Shown piece by piece: positions 10,828 to 21,134 of a stretch of 64,000 nt of DNA. The position numbers were made by a program, and so were the translations under genes. Location of the stretch: positions 736,001 to 800,000 of the forward strand of contig JASGJN010000013.1 of assembly GCA_049840735.1 (NCBI GenBank), written 5' to 3'. Every line of letters begins with the position of its first letter. Positions within the stretch are counted from its first letter, which is position 1. This DNA is from Anaeromyxobacter sp. Lineage in GTDB: Bacteria; Myxococcota; Myxococcia; Myxococcales; Anaeromyxobacteraceae. Under the pieces are notes generated by a model. That model saw only the letters and a list, made by a program, of their open reading frames with translations, did no database searches and was not told the origin of the DNA.

Positions 10828-12201
10828 GTGAACCCGCTCGCCCAGCCCGCGAACGACCTCGTCCTGTACGGCGCGGTGGCCGCGGCCCTGCTGCTCGCCA
10901 TCGTCCTCGTGGCGGTGCTGCTGCGCCGCCGCCGCCGCCCGCCCCCGCAGCTGCCCGAGGCGCGTCCCCCGCCCGCCATGACCACGCCGCAGGCCGGCGC
11001 GGCGGGCGCGCCCGAGCCGGTGGAGCGCAGGCGGCGCAAGGAGCCCCGCCCGCCCCCGGCCGCGCCGCTCACGGCGGAGGAGCGCGCCGCCGACGAGGCC
11101 CGCAAGAAGGAGGCCTACCGCGCGCAGAAGGGGGCCGAGCGGCTCGAGCGCGAGCGGAAGGCGGCGGAGCGCGCCGAGGCCGAGGCCCGCGCCCGCGCCG
11201 AGGCCGAGCAGGCGGCGCGCGAGGCCGAGGAGGCCCGCCGGCGGGCCCAGGAGGGGGAGCGGCGCAAGGCGGAGGCCGAGGCCGGCCGGACGCTGGCGGC
11301 GGGGCTGGAGAAGACCCGCGGCGGCTTCATGGCCCGGCTCAACGCGCTCTTCGCCGGCGGCAAGCTGGTGGACGACGCGGTCCTGGCCGACCTGGAGGAG
11401 GTGCTCTTCACCGCCGACATCGGCGTCCGCACCGCCACCCGGCTGCTGGAGACGGCCCGCGAGAAGGTGCGCCGCAAGGAGCTCTCCGACCCGGAGAAGC
11501 TCAAGGGCGCGCTGCGCGAGGAGATCGCCCGCATCCTGGCGCTGGACGGCGCCGAGGGCGCCGCCGCGCCGCTGCAGGTGGGCGCGGACCGGCCCTGGGT
11601 GGTGATGGTGGTGGGCGTGAACGGCTCGGGCAAGACCACCACCGTGGGCAAGCTGGCCGCCAAGCTCCAGGGCGCCGGCCACAAGGTCCTGCTGGGCGCG
11701 GGCGACACCTTCCGCGCCGCCGCCGGCGAGCAGCTGGAGGTCTGGGCCGGGCGCGTGAACGCGCCCATCGTGCGCGGCAAGGAGGGCGGCGATCCGGCCG
11801 CGGTCTGCTTCGAGGCGGTGCAGCGCGGAGCGCAGGAGGGCCTGGACGTGGTGCTGTGCGACACCGCCGGCCGCCTCCACACCAAGACGCCGCTCATGGA
11901 GGAGCTGAAGAAGGTGAAGCGGGTCATCTCCAAGGCCGCCGCCGGCGCGCCGCACGAGGTCCTGCTGGTGCTCGACGCCACCAACGGCCAGAACGCCATC
12001 GCCCAGGCCCGGCAGTTCCACGAGGCGCTGGGGGTGACCGGCATCGCGCTCACCAAGCTGGACGGCACCGCCAAGGGCGGCGTCATCATCGGCATCTGCG
12101 ACGAGCTCCGGATCCCGGTCCGCTACGTGGGCGTGGGCGAGACCGTGGCCGACCTCAAGCCCTTCGAGCCGCGGGAGTTCGTGCAGGCGCTGTTCGATTA
12201 G
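10828..12201 (+). CDS. ftsY: Signal recognition particle receptor FtsY with N-terminal TM anchor
   Basis: GVNGSGKTTT, DTFRAAA, DTAGRLH and TKLDGTAKGG. Confidence 0.97.
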   Translation: MNPLAQPANDLVLYGAVAAALLLAIVLVAVLLRRRRRPPPQLPEARPPPAMTTPQAGAAGAPEPVERRRRKEPRPPPAAPLTAEERAADEARKKEAYRAQKGAERLERERKAAERAEAEARARAEAEQAAREAEEARRRAQEGERRKAEAEAGRTLAAGLEKTRGGFMARLNALFAGGKLVDDAVLADLEEVLFTADIGVRTATRLLETAREKVRRKELSDPEKLKGALREEIARILALDGAEGAAAPLQVGADRPWVVMVVGVNGSGKTTTVGKLAAKLQGAGHKVLLGAGDTFRAAAGEQLEVWAGRVNAPIVRGKEGGDPAAVCFEAVQRGAQEGLDVVLCDTAGRLHTKTPLMEELKKVKRVISKAAAGAPHEVLLVLDATNGQNAIAQARQFHEALGVTGIALTKLDGTAKGGVIIGICDELRIPVRYVGVGETVADLKPFEPREFVQALFD

Positions 12202-12211
12202 CACCACCGCC

Positions 12212-12910
12212 ATGCCCGCCCCGCGCGTCATCCTCCTCGACATCGACGGCACGCTGCTCCACTGCGGCGGCGCCGGGCGCCGCTCGCTGGAGCTGGCCTT
12301 GGCCGACCGCTGCGGGCCGCTGGACGGCCGGCTGGCCTCGCTCCGGCTCGACGGGATGACCGACCGGCTCATCGTCCGCGAGGCGCTGGCGCTCCTCGCC
12401 CACCCCTTCACCGAGACCGCCTGCGACGAGGTCCTGGCCGCCTACCTGGTCCACCTCCGGCGCGAGATCCACGGGCCGGGCTACCGGGTCCTGCCCGGCG
12501 TGGAGCCGCTGCTGGGGCGCCTGGCCGAGGCCGGCACGGCCCACGGCCTCTGCACCGGCAACATCGCCGACGGCGCGCTGCTCAAGCTGGCCCGGGGCGG
12601 CCTGGACGTGTGGTTCGACTGGGGCGAGCGGGCCATCCGCGGCTTCGCCGACGACGGCGAGGCGCGCGAGCGGCTGGTCGCCGCCGCGGTGGCGCGGGCG
12701 ACCCGGCACCTGCCCGACCTGGCGCCGGCCGAGGTGCTGGTGGTGGGCGACACCCCCCGGGACGTCGCCGCGGCCCACGCCGTGGGCTGCCGGGCCCTGG
12801 GCGTGGCCACCGGCCACTACGACCAGGCGGCGCTGGCGGCGTGCGGGGCCGACGCGGTGGCCGGGTCGCTGGAGGCTCCGGCCGCCCTGGCGGCCATCCT
12901 GGGTGGGTGA
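12212..12910 (+). CDS. HAD-superfamily hydrolase
   Basis: LLDIDGTLL motif I and VVGDTPRDV motif IV. Confidence 0.9.
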   Translation: MPAPRVILLDIDGTLLHCGGAGRRSLELALADRCGPLDGRLASLRLDGMTDRLIVREALALLAHPFTETACDEVLAAYLVHLRREIHGPGYRVLPGVEPLLGRLAEAGTAHGLCTGNIADGALLKLARGGLDVWFDWGERAIRGFADDGEARERLVAAAVARATRHLPDLAPAEVLVVGDTPRDVAAAHAVGCRALGVATGHYDQAALAACGADAVAGSLEAPAALAAILGG

Positions 12911-13015
12911 CGCGCTCACCGGACTTGAACCGGGCGCAAAGGAGGGCTATGCGTGGCGCAACGCCGCAGCGCTCGCTCGTCCCACCACGCCCAGGCGCGG
13001 CGCCAGGGGTCCTCC

Positions 13016-13534
13016 ATGGAAGCCGTAGAGACCAGCTCCGAGTCCAGCCTGCCGCTCGACGGCCCGCGCCTTCGGGCGGTGCCGGCAACGCGCGAGCTCA
13101 TCCCCCAGCTGCAGGAGTGCCTGGAAGGCGCGGCGGAGTCCTTCGCGCGGACCGAGGGCCACCCGCCGCGGCCGGACGAGGCCGAGGGGCTGGTCTCCGA
13201 GGCCGAGGCGGACGAGCTGCGCCGCGTCTTCGCGCTGGTGCCGTCCGTGGGCGGCCCGGCGGTGGGCGTGCTCGACCTCTACCTGCACCACCCCGAGCCC
13301 GGCGTGGCGCACATCGGCCTCCTGCTCTTCCGCGAGGCCTGCCAGACGCTGGGCTACGGCCGTGAGACGGTGGCCTCGCTGGAGCGCGGGCTGCTCCGCG
13401 CCGGCTTCAACGCGCTCCGCCTCTCGGTCACCGACGACAACCACGCCGCCCGCGCCTTCTGGGACCACCTCGGCTTCGCCGACGTGGGGCGGCTCGACGA
13501 CGGCGTGACGGTGCTGGAGAAGCGGCTCGGCTGA
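13016..13534 (+). CDS. GNAT-family N-acetyltransferase
   Basis: HIGLLLFREACQTLGYGR (motif A) and NHAARAFWDHLGF (motif B). Confidence 0.85.
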   Translation: MEAVETSSESSLPLDGPRLRAVPATRELIPQLQECLEGAAESFARTEGHPPRPDEAEGLVSEAEADELRRVFALVPSVGGPAVGVLDLYLHHPEPGVAHIGLLLFREACQTLGYGRETVASLERGLLRAGFNALRLSVTDDNHAARAFWDHLGFADVGRLDDGVTVLEKRLG

Positions 13535-13553
13535 GCCGCCACCCCGGAAGGCG

Positions 13554-13585
13554 AGAAGGCCCGCCGGGATCCCGGCGGGCCTTCT
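13554..13585. terminator. Perfect 32-bp palindrome between convergent genes; likely bidirectional terminator
   Basis: AGAAGGCCCGCCGGGA/TCCCGGCGGGCCTTCT. Confidence 0.7.
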
Positions 13586-13599
13586 GGACTTCAGCGACT

Positions 13600-13632
13600 C
13601 CGTTCGCCCTTCGACAGGCTCAGGGCGAACGG
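13600..13632. repeat. REP-like palindromic element, intergenic short form
   Basis: CCGTTCGCCCT-TCGACAGGCTC-AGGGCGAACGG, an 11-bp perfect inverted repeat. Same family as the copies at 4357, 47101 and 47575. Confidence 0.85.
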
Positions 13633-13658
13633 CGCGGCGCGCTTCGGGCCGGGACCCG

Positions 13659-15164
13659 CTACTCCGGCGCGGGCGCCGGCGCGAAGATGCGGGCCAGCCG
13701 GACCACCCGGCCGCGGAGCCCCTCGAACACGCTGGCCAGGCCCACGTAGGCGAAGCCGACCTGGAACAGGACCAGGAACGGGATCGAGTAGTAGACCTCG
13801 CGGTTGTACAGGTAGACCACGCCGTAGGTCATGTAGGCCGCCAGGGCCAGCTCGACCAGGGGCTGCAGCGTCACGGCCGCCTTGTACTTCTTGCGCACCA
13901 CCGACTCGCCGGCCTGCTTCACGCCGTGCTTGGGGGTGCGGACGAAGGCGGTCTGGTAGCCCATCAGCGCCTCGACCACCGCGCGGGCGTTGTTCACCGA
14001 GAGGCCGATGCCCAGCGCCAGCACGAAGGGGATCCGCTTGAGCGAGTCCCACCAGCTGATGCCCTGCTCGCGCTGCGAGGCCACGTAGAAGGCCACCACG
14101 CTCAGCGTGGCCAGCGCGAAGAAGGGCAGGTCCATGAAGAGGACCTCGTAGGCGCCGTGCGAGACCCGCACCACCACCGTGATGGGCAGCAGGATCGAGA
14201 GCGGGATCATGAGCAGGTAGGCCAGGTTCGCCGTGAGGTGGACGATGGCCTCGTGCTTCATGTGCCTGGGCAGGTCGCTCTTGAGGACCCGCGGCAGGAG
14301 CTTCAGGGCCACCTGGACGGCGCCCTTGGCCCAGCGGTGCTGCTGCGCCTTGAACGCGTTCATCTCCACTGGCAGCTCGGCCGGGGTGACGATGTCGGTG
14401 AGGTACTCGAAGCGCCAGCCCTTGAGCTGCGCGCGGTAGGACAGGTCGAGGTCCTCGGTGATGGTGTCGTGCTGCCAGCCCCCGCCCTCCTCGATGGCCT
14501 GGCGGCGCCAGATGCCGGCGGTGCCGTTGAAGTTGAAGAAGCGGCCGGAGCGGTTGCGGGCCACGTGCTCGATGACGAAGTGGCCGTCGAGGAAGATGGC
14601 CTGCGCCTCGGTCAGCTGCGAGTAGGCGCGGTTGAGGTGCCCCCAGCGCGTCTGGACCATGCCCACGCCGGCGTCGGTGAAGAAGTGGACCGTCCGGTGG
14701 AGGAACTGCGGGTCCGGGATGAAGTCGGCGTCGAAGACGGCCACCAGCTCGCCCTTGGCGGTCTTGAGGCCGTTCTCCAGCGCGCCGGCCTTGAACCCGG
14801 TCCGGTCGGTCCGGTGCACGTAGGCGATGTCCAGCCCCTCGGCCCGGTACCGCTCCACGCAGGCGCGGGCGATGCCCTGGGTCTCGTCGGTCGAGTCGTC
14901 CAGCACCTGCACGTCCAGCAGGTCGCGCGGGTACTCGATCCTGGCCACCGCCGCGATGAGCCGCTCGGTGACGTACATCTCGTTGAAGATCGGCAGCTGC
15001 ACGGTGACCCGCGGCAGCCGCTCGAAGCGGTTGCGCGGCGTGGGCAGCCGGAACTTGTGCTTCTGCTGCAGGTAGACCATCGCGTAGCGATGGACGCCGA
15101 AGAAGGACAGGCAGACCAGCAGCAGGGCGTAGCCGATGACGACGGAAAGCTCGAGGGGGCTCAT
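13659..15164 (-). CDS. GT2 cellulose-synthase-like processive glycosyltransferase
   Basis: [32 protein letters not shown] (QxxRW) and several TM helices. Confidence 0.92.
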   Translation of the reverse strand: MSPLELSVVIGYALLLVCLSFFGVHRYAMVYLQQKHKFRLPTPRNRFERLPRVTVQLPIFNEMYVTERLIAAVARIEYPRDLLDVQVLDDSTDETQGIARACVERYRAEGLDIAYVHRTDRTGFKAGALENGLKTAKGELVAVFDADFIPDPQFLHRTVHFFTDAGVGMVQTRWGHLNRAYSQLTEAQAIFLDGHFVIEHVARNRSGRFFNFNGTAGIWRRQAIEEGGGWQHDTITEDLDLSYRAQLKGWRFEYLTDIVTPAELPVEMNAFKAQQHRWAKGAVQVALKLLPRVLKSDLPRHMKHEAIVHLTANLAYLLMIPLSILLPITVVVRVSHGAYEVLFMDLPFFALATLSVVAFYVASQREQGISWWDSLKRIPFVLALGIGLSVNNARAVVEALMGYQTAFVRTPKHGVKQAGESVVRKKYKAAVTLQPLVELALAAYMTYGVVYLYNREVYYSIPFLVLFQVGFAYVGLASVFEGLRGRVVRLARIFAPAPAPE

Positions 15165-15463
15165 GAGTGTTCGCGCTGGAAGCGCCTCCGGAGCGCCGCC
15201 CTTTCGCAATTGCCGGGCCAGCCCGCCTGCCGACCTGCTCCCACCCTACCGAGGGTCGCGCGGCGAACCGTTGCGGGACCTGCCGCCCGCGGAAAGGCCC
15301 GGCACCTCCGGGCTTTGGCGCGCGGCCACCCAGGCGGTGGCCCGGGTGGAGCCAGGCGGCGCGCCCCGGCGGCTGCCCGTCAGGCGGTCAGCCCCTGCTG
15401 GATCGCGACATGCGTGACAGGGTGAGTCTCGAAAGGCCGCGGGCCGGTGAAGCTCCGGACCGG

Positions 15464-16765
15464 TCAGTCGCGGCGGGTTGCCGCACCGTCGGCCGGGGCA
15501 CCCGGGTTCCGCAGGATGTCGGCGGCGCGCAGGTAGTCGAGCGCGGTCCGAAGCTGGTGGTCGGTCGCCTCGGCCGGCGGCTGGGCGGGGGTGGCCACGG
15601 CGGGCTCGGGGTTTCGCAGGTGCCGGTCCAGGTCGCGCTCCGCCGGCTGGTCGTCCGCCCGCGCCGCCGGCGCCGCCTCGCCCACCCGCACGTCGGGGGT
15701 GATGCCCAGCTCCTGGATGGAGCGGTGGCGAGGCGTGTAGTAGCGGGCCACGGTCAGCTTGAGCCCGGAGCCGTCGTCGAGCGGGATGAGCTCCTGCACC
15801 GACCCCTTGCCGAAGGTCTGGGTGCCCATGATCACCGCCCGCCCCTGGTCCTGCAGCGCGCCGGCCACGATCTCGCTGGCGCTGGCGGTGCCGCGGTTGA
15901 CCAGCAGGATGATCGGGTAGGCCGGCTCGGTGCCGCCCTCGTGCGCGCGCCGCACCTCCACCGACTCGCGGTCCCGCCCCTCGGTGCTGACGATCACGCC
16001 GCGCGGCAGGAAGCGGTCGGCCACCAGCACCGCCTGCTCCACCAGGCCGCCAGGGTTGTTGCGCAGGTCCAGCACCAGCCCGCGCAGCTCGCCCTTGAGC
16101 GCCTCGCGCCCCTCGCCCAGCGCCTTGGCCAGGTAGGCGTCGGTCCGGTCCTGGAACGACTTCACCCGCACGTAGAGCAGCCTCCGGTCGGCGTCCAGCA
16201 CCCGCCACTCCACGCTGCGCGTGCGGACCCGCTCGCGCACCAGCGCCAGCCGCTGCGGGGCGGTGAAGCCGTCGCGCATCAGCTCCAGCTCCACCCGCGA
16301 GCCGACCGCGCCCTTCATGCGCCGGGTGGCCTCGGGGACGGACATGTCGGCGGTGGAGGCGCCGTCGATGGAGAGGATCCGGTCGCCCGGCCTGAGGCCG
16401 GCGCGCTCGCCGGGCGAGTCCGCCACCGGCGAGACCACCGTCAGGCCGCCGGGAGCGCGGGCCACCTCGACGCCGACGCCGTCGAACTCGCCGGCCGTCT
16501 CCTCCCGCATGGCCTTGAACACCTCGGGGCGCAGGTAGGCCGAGTGCGCGTCGAGGCGCGCCACCATCCCCTCGATGGCGCCCTGGACCAGCTCGCGGTC
16601 GTCCACCTGGTCCACGTAGCCGCCCTGGATCACCGCCAGGGCGCGGGCGAAGACGTCGAGGCTGCGGTAGGTGCCGGGGCGGGCGGCCGCGGCGACGGCG
16701 TGGTCCACCGTGAGGCCGGCCAGGAAGGCCAGGGCCACGGCGGCGAAGAAGGCGAGGCGCTTCAT
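15464..16765 (-). CDS. ctpA: S41 carboxy-terminal processing protease with PDZ domain
   Basis: Signal peptide, LDLRNNPGG, TASASEI and TFGKGSVQ. Confidence 0.93.
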   Translation of the reverse strand: MKRLAFFAAVALAFLAGLTVDHAVAAAARPGTYRSLDVFARALAVIQGGYVDQVDDRELVQGAIEGMVARLDAHSAYLRPEVFKAMREETAGEFDGVGVEVARAPGGLTVVSPVADSPGERAGLRPGDRILSIDGASTADMSVPEATRRMKGAVGSRVELELMRDGFTAPQRLALVRERVRTRSVEWRVLDADRRLLYVRVKSFQDRTDAYLAKALGEGREALKGELRGLVLDLRNNPGGLVEQAVLVADRFLPRGVIVSTEGRDRESVEVRRAHEGGTEPAYPIILLVNRGTASASEIVAGALQDQGRAVIMGTQTFGKGSVQELIPLDDGSGLKLTVARYYTPRHRSIQELGITPDVRVGEAAPAARADDQPAERDLDRHLRNPEPAVATPAQPPAEATDHQLRTALDYLRAADILRNPGAPADGAATRRD

Positions 16766-16835
16766 GCCCGGATTGTACCGCCGGATCGGGCGCGGGCCGA
16801 AGGCGGACCCCGCGGCGGCCGGGCGGGCCCCCCGT

Positions 16836-17930
16836 TCAGCGCTGCAGCCACTGGGCGGGGTCCACCGGCTTCCCGCGCTCGCGCACCTCGAAGTACAGGT
16901 ACGCCCCCTTGAGCGAGCCGGAGTCGCCGACCGTGCCCAGCACGCGCCCGGCCTCGACCTCCTCGCCCATGGCCACCTGCATCGCGCCCAGGTGGGCCAC
17001 CAGCGTGTGGTAGCCCTCGCCGTGGTCGAGGATCACCAGGTTGCCGTACCCCTTGAACCACCCGGCGTGCACCACCCGGCCCGGCGCCACGGCCCGGACC
17101 GGCGCGCCGGCGGGCGCGCCGATGTCCACGCCGTTCTGGACCGTGACGGTGTCGAACTTCGGGTTCACCACCTTGCCGAAGCCGACCTTGACCGGCCCGG
17201 CGGCCGGGGAGGGCAGCCGGCCGCGCAGCTGCGCGAAGCGGCCGGACTCGCTGGGCCGGGGCGGCAGCGCCGAGACCAGCTCGGCCAGCTTCTTCCCCTG
17301 CTCCGCCGCCTCGGCCGCGGCCCGCTCGTGGAAGCCGCGCGCGCTGCGCAGCGCCGCCAGCAGCGTCTCGCGCTCCTCGCGCCGCGCCGCAGCCTGCTCG
17401 CGCAGGTCGCGCGCCGCCTCGGCCTGCTCGGCCAGGCGCACCGCCTCGATCTGGCGGGTGGTCCGGGCCTGCTCGCGCAGGGCCCGGGCCGCCTGCGCCT
17501 CGGTGAGCAGCCGCAGGTCGTTCCCCAGGATCCGGTCCAGCAGGTAGCGCCGCTTCACCAGGTCGGAGAGCGACCGGCTCCCCAGCAGGATCTGCAGCTC
17601 GCCGGTCCGCCCCATCCGCACCCGCGCCAGGAGCCGCGGCTGCAGCTCGGCCAGCCGCGCCTTGAGCGTGGCCGCCGCGGCCGCCTCGGCCTCGCGCGCC
17701 TGCGAGAGCCGCGCCTCCGCGTCGGCCCGGGCCGCCTCCGCCTGCCGCGCCGCCGCCTCGGCCTCGCGCAGCGCGTCCTCGGCCTCGCCCAGCGTGTCCA
17801 GCACCGAGCGCTCCTGCTGCGCCAGGAGCCGCACCGCGGCCTCCTCGGCGCGGCGCCGGGCCTCCAGCGCGTCGAGCTGCGAGCCGCCGGGGGCGGTGAG
17901 CAGGGTGGCGAGGAGGAGCGGCGTGAGCAC
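16836..17930 (-). CDS. envC: EnvC-like murein hydrolase activator (coiled coil plus degenerate M23 domain)
   Basis: Coiled coil followed by QNGVDIGA, GYGNLVILDHG and LYFEVR; lies downstream of ftsEX. Confidence 0.85.
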   Translation of the reverse strand: MLTPLLLATLLTAPGGSQLDALEARRRAEEAAVRLLAQQERSVLDTLGEAEDALREAEAAARQAEAARADAEARLSQAREAEAAAAATLKARLAELQPRLLARVRMGRTGELQILLGSRSLSDLVKRRYLLDRILGNDLRLLTEAQAARALREQARTTRQIEAVRLAEQAEAARDLREQAAARREERETLLAALRSARGFHERAAAEAAEQGKKLAELVSALPPRPSESGRFAQLRGRLPSPAAGPVKVGFGKVVNPKFDTVTVQNGVDIGAPAGAPVRAVAPGRVVHAGWFKGYGNLVILDHGEGYHTLVAHLGAMQVAMGEEVEAGRVLGTVGDSGSLKGAYLYFEVRERGKPVDPAQWLQR

Positions 17931-17932
17931 GG

Positions 17933-18816
17933 CTAGCTCCGCCGCAGTGTCCGGGCCACCGCCAGCGTCGAGCCGAGCAGCCCCACCACCGCCCCGCCCA
18001 GCGCCAGCCACCCCAGCAGCGCGGCCGGGAGCGTGTCCGCCAGGGTCAGCGCCTGGGCCGCCGGCACCGCCTCGCGCAGCCGCGGCATGACCGCCGCGTG
18101 GACCGTCAGCAGCGCCAGCACCGCCAGCGCCCCGCCGGCCAGGCCCTGCAGCAGGCCCTCGATCAGGAACGGCGCCGACACGAAGCTGTCGGTGGCGCCC
18201 ACCAGCTTCATGATTCCATCTCGTCGCGCCGCGCGAAGACCGCCAGGCGCAGCGTGTTGGCCACCAGCACCGCGGTGGCCAGCGCCAGCACGCCGAACAC
18301 GGCGATGGAGGCCGCCCGCGCCCGCGCCACCAGCCGCTCCAGCGTCTCCAGGTCGTCCTGGCCGTAGTAGACCTCGCCCACGCCGCCCACCTGGCGCAGC
18401 CGGGCCGCCAGGTCCCGCGCCCCGGCCGGCGTGATGCCCGGCGCCAGCACGTCCACCGCGTCCGGCAGCACGCCCGGCCCCACGCCCTCCAGCACGCCGG
18501 CCTGGTCGCCCAGGTCCGCGGCCAGCGCCTTGAGCGCCTGCGCCGAGGGGACCGCCACCACCTCGCGCCCCGGCACCGCCGCGGCCACCGCCGCCTTGAC
18601 CGCCGGCAGCGACGCGCCCGGCGCCAGGTAGGCGGAGATGCGGACCTCGCCGGCCCAGGCCGCCAGGAGCCGCTCGGCCCCGCCCAGCGCCGCCGCCACC
18701 AGCCCCACCGCGAAGATGGCCACGAAGACCGTGGCCGTGCCCACCGCGGCCACGTAGGGGCCGCGGGTGATGCCCTCGATCGCACGGCGCGTGAAGTAGA
18801 CCGGGCGGAAGCTCAC
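17933..18816 (-). CDS. ftsX: Cell division permease FtsX; apparent frameshift near 18213
   Basis: VANTLRLAVFARRDEM joins (I)MKLVGATDSFVSAPFLIEG. Confidence 0.9.
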
Positions 18817-19505
18817 CGGAGGTCCCCCGCGCGCCGGCGGACGGTGTCCCCGTCGGAGATCAGGCGGCCGCGCTCCAGCAGCACCACCCGCCGCTTGTAG
18901 CGCTCCAGGATGGAGCGATCGTGGGTGGCCACCACCACGGTGGTGCCGCGGGCGTTGGCGTTCTGGAGGAGCTCCATCACCTCGATGGTCCGGTCCGGAT
19001 CGAGGTTGCCGGTGGGCTCGTCGGCCAGCAGCAGCGCCGGGTCGGGCGCCAGGGCCCGGGCCACCGCCACGCGCTGCTGCTCGCCGCCGGAGAGCGAGGG
19101 CGGGAACTTGCCGGCGCGGTGCTCCAGCCCCACCGAGCGGAGCAGGTGCTTCACGCGCTTGCGGATCTCCCGCTCCGGGAAGTCCTGCACCTCGAGCGGG
19201 AGGGCCACGTTCTCGGCCACCGTCCGCTGCGGCAGGAGCTTGAAGTCCTGGAAGACCACGCCGATGTTGCGGCGCAGGTAGGGGACGGCGCGCGAGGTGA
19301 TCTTGGCGACGTTCTTCCCGAACAGCAGCAGCTGCCCGCTGGTGGCGGGCTCGTCGCAGAAGATGAGCTTGAGCAGCGTGGACTTGCCGGCGCCGGAGGG
19401 GCCGGTGAGGAAGACGAACTCGGCCTTCTGGATCTCCAGCGTCACGTCCTGCAGCGCCGGGGCGTCGCCGGGGTACTCCTTCGTGACGTGGAAGAGCTGG
19501 ATCAC
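18813..19505 (-). CDS. ftsE: Cell division ATP-binding protein FtsE
   Basis: GPSGAGKST, LRRNIGVVFQDFKLL, LSGGEQQRV and ADEPTGNLD. Confidence 0.95.
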   Translation of the reverse strand: MIQLFHVTKEYPGDAPALQDVTLEIQKAEFVFLTGPSGAGKSTLLKLIFCDEPATSGQLLLFGKNVAKITSRAVPYLRRNIGVVFQDFKLLPQRTVAENVALPLEVQDFPEREIRKRVKHLLRSVGLEHRAGKFPPSLSGGEQQRVAVARALAPDPALLLADEPTGNLDPDRTIEVMELLQNANARGTTVVVATHDRSILERYKRRVVLLERGRLISDGDTVRRRAGDLR

Positions 19506-19524
19506 GGCCGGGCGCGGGCTCTGG

Positions 19525-20094
19525 CTACTTGCGGTCGCCCAGGTCCTCGGCCAGGTAGGAGAGGATCACCTCGTCGAGGCTCTTCTCGCTGATCAGGTCC
19601 TCGCCGAAGAGCGTCTCGGCGCCGTCGTTGCGCAGCACCGGGGCCGGGCCCTGGCGCGCGGCCAGCACCTCCGGCGGCAGCTGGCGCGAGGCGGGCGCGG
19701 GGGCCGGGGCGGGCGCGGGGATGGGGCGCGCGGGGGTCAGCGCCGGCTGGCCGGCCTGCAGCTGGACGGCGTGGCCGTCGGCGGCCAGCTGGCCGGGCTG
19801 GAAGGCCTGCGCGGCGGCGGCGTCGATGTCGTCGTAGACGCCGTTGATGAGGTTGCGCAGCATCTCCTTGTGCTGCTCCTCCATCAGCTCGCGCACCACC
19901 TGGGCCAGGTTCTCGGCCCCGACGATGTCGGCATAGGAGGTCTTCTTCGACGCGAGGATGTTCCCGCCGACGAAGAGGTGCGTGATGATGTGGGGGTTCT
20001 CCAGGCCCGAGTCCTCGGTCTGGATGTGGTACATCTTCCCCTTGTGCTTGATGTTGTGGTTGAACCCCACAACCATCTTCTTCGGGCCGGCCAT
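19525..20094 (-). CDS. romY: RomY-like polarity protein (MglB co-GAP homologue)
   Basis: 189 aa with a conserved N-domain (GFNHNIKHKGKMYHIQTEDSG...HKEMLRNL), a Pro/Ala linker and a C-terminal KSLDEVILSYL motif. It lies just upstream of ftsE, as recalled for Myxococcus romY. Confidence 0.75.
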   Translation of the reverse strand: MAGPKKMVVGFNHNIKHKGKMYHIQTEDSGLENPHIITHLFVGGNILASKKTSYADIVGAENLAQVVRELMEEQHKEMLRNLINGVYDDIDAAAAQAFQPGQLAADGHAVQLQAGQPALTPARPIPAPAPAPAPASRQLPPEVLAARQGPAPVLRNDGAETLFGEDLISEKSLDEVILSYLAEDLGDRK

Positions 20095-20185
20095 CGCCCC
20101 AGGATGGTACCGAAGCGGTGCGGCGCCAGCAAGGACGCACCCCCGGAAAAACGCCGTTCCTATCGGCGCCTAGCAGGCGGGCGGC

Positions 20186-20974
20186 CTACACGTCTACGTG
20201 CTCGGCGGCGCTGACCTCGCGCCCCAGGAACCGGCCGGCCACGGCCAGGAACCTCTCCGGCGTGTCGGTCACCAGGAAGTGGTGCTCGCCGGAGCGTCCG
20301 GGCACCTCCGGGAGCAGCTCCCGGACCTCGCCGACGACGACCTCTGCGCTGTCCACCAGCCGGATCCCGGGGAGCGCCCGGGCGATGGCGGCCTTGAGCA
20401 GCGGGTAGTGCGTGCAGCCCAGCACCAGCGTGTCCACGCCGTCGGCGGCGAAGGGCGCCAGGTAGCGGGCCACCACCCCCTGGACCACCGGGTCCTCGGG
20501 GTCGGTCCAGCCCTCCTCAGCCAGCGGCACGAACAGCGGGCAGGCGCGCGCCACCACCACCGCGTCCGGGCGCTCGCGCCGGAGCGCCGCCTGGTAGGCG
20601 CCGGAGGCCACCGTGCCGGCCGTGCCGATGACGCCGATGCGGCCGGTGCGCGAGGCGCGCGCCGCAGCGCGGGCGCCCGGCTCCACCACGCCCAGCACCG
20701 GCACCGGCAGCTCGGCCCGGAGCGCGGGGATGGCCACCGCCGAGGCGGTGTTGCAGGCCACGACCAGCAGGTCGATGCCGCGGCGGGCCAGCACGCGCGC
20801 GTTGCGGAGCGAGTACTGGGTGACGGTCTCGGCGGACTTGGTGCCGTAGGGCACGCGGGCGGTGTCGCCCAGGTAGACGGTGTCGGCCGAGGGGAGCGCG
20901 TCGAGGATGGCCCGCTGGACGGTCAGGCCGCCGACGCCGGAGTCGAAGATGCCGATGCGTGACACGGCGCGCAT
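20186..20974 (-). CDS. murI: Glutamate racemase
   Basis: IGIFDSGVGGLTV, PYGTKS, ACNTAS and LGCTHYP. Confidence 0.97.
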   Translation of the reverse strand: MRAVSRIGIFDSGVGGLTVQRAILDALPSADTVYLGDTARVPYGTKSAETVTQYSLRNARVLARRGIDLLVVACNTASAVAIPALRAELPVPVLGVVEPGARAAARASRTGRIGVIGTAGTVASGAYQAALRRERPDAVVVARACPLFVPLAEEGWTDPEDPVVQGVVARYLAPFAADGVDTLVLGCTHYPLLKAAIARALPGIRLVDSAEVVVGEVRELLPEVPGRSGEHHFLVTDTPERFLAVAGRFLGREVSAAEHVDV

Positions 20975-21134
20975 CCTACTCCCAGGCGGCGGGCGTGGGG
21001 ACACTCCGTTCGCCGCCGCCCCGGCGGGCGGGCGCCGCGGCGCGCCGTCCCGATGCGGGACCGCCCGCGCACCCGTCGCGAGGACGGGCGGGCGGGCGGC
21101 TGGTGCGGCTGAAGAACGTCCGGCGTCGCGCTGG

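Noticed and set aside
15165..15463. Riboswitch upstream of the GT2 gene
   Set aside because: No recognisable aptamer consensus by eye; the hairpins are compatible with GC-rich background.
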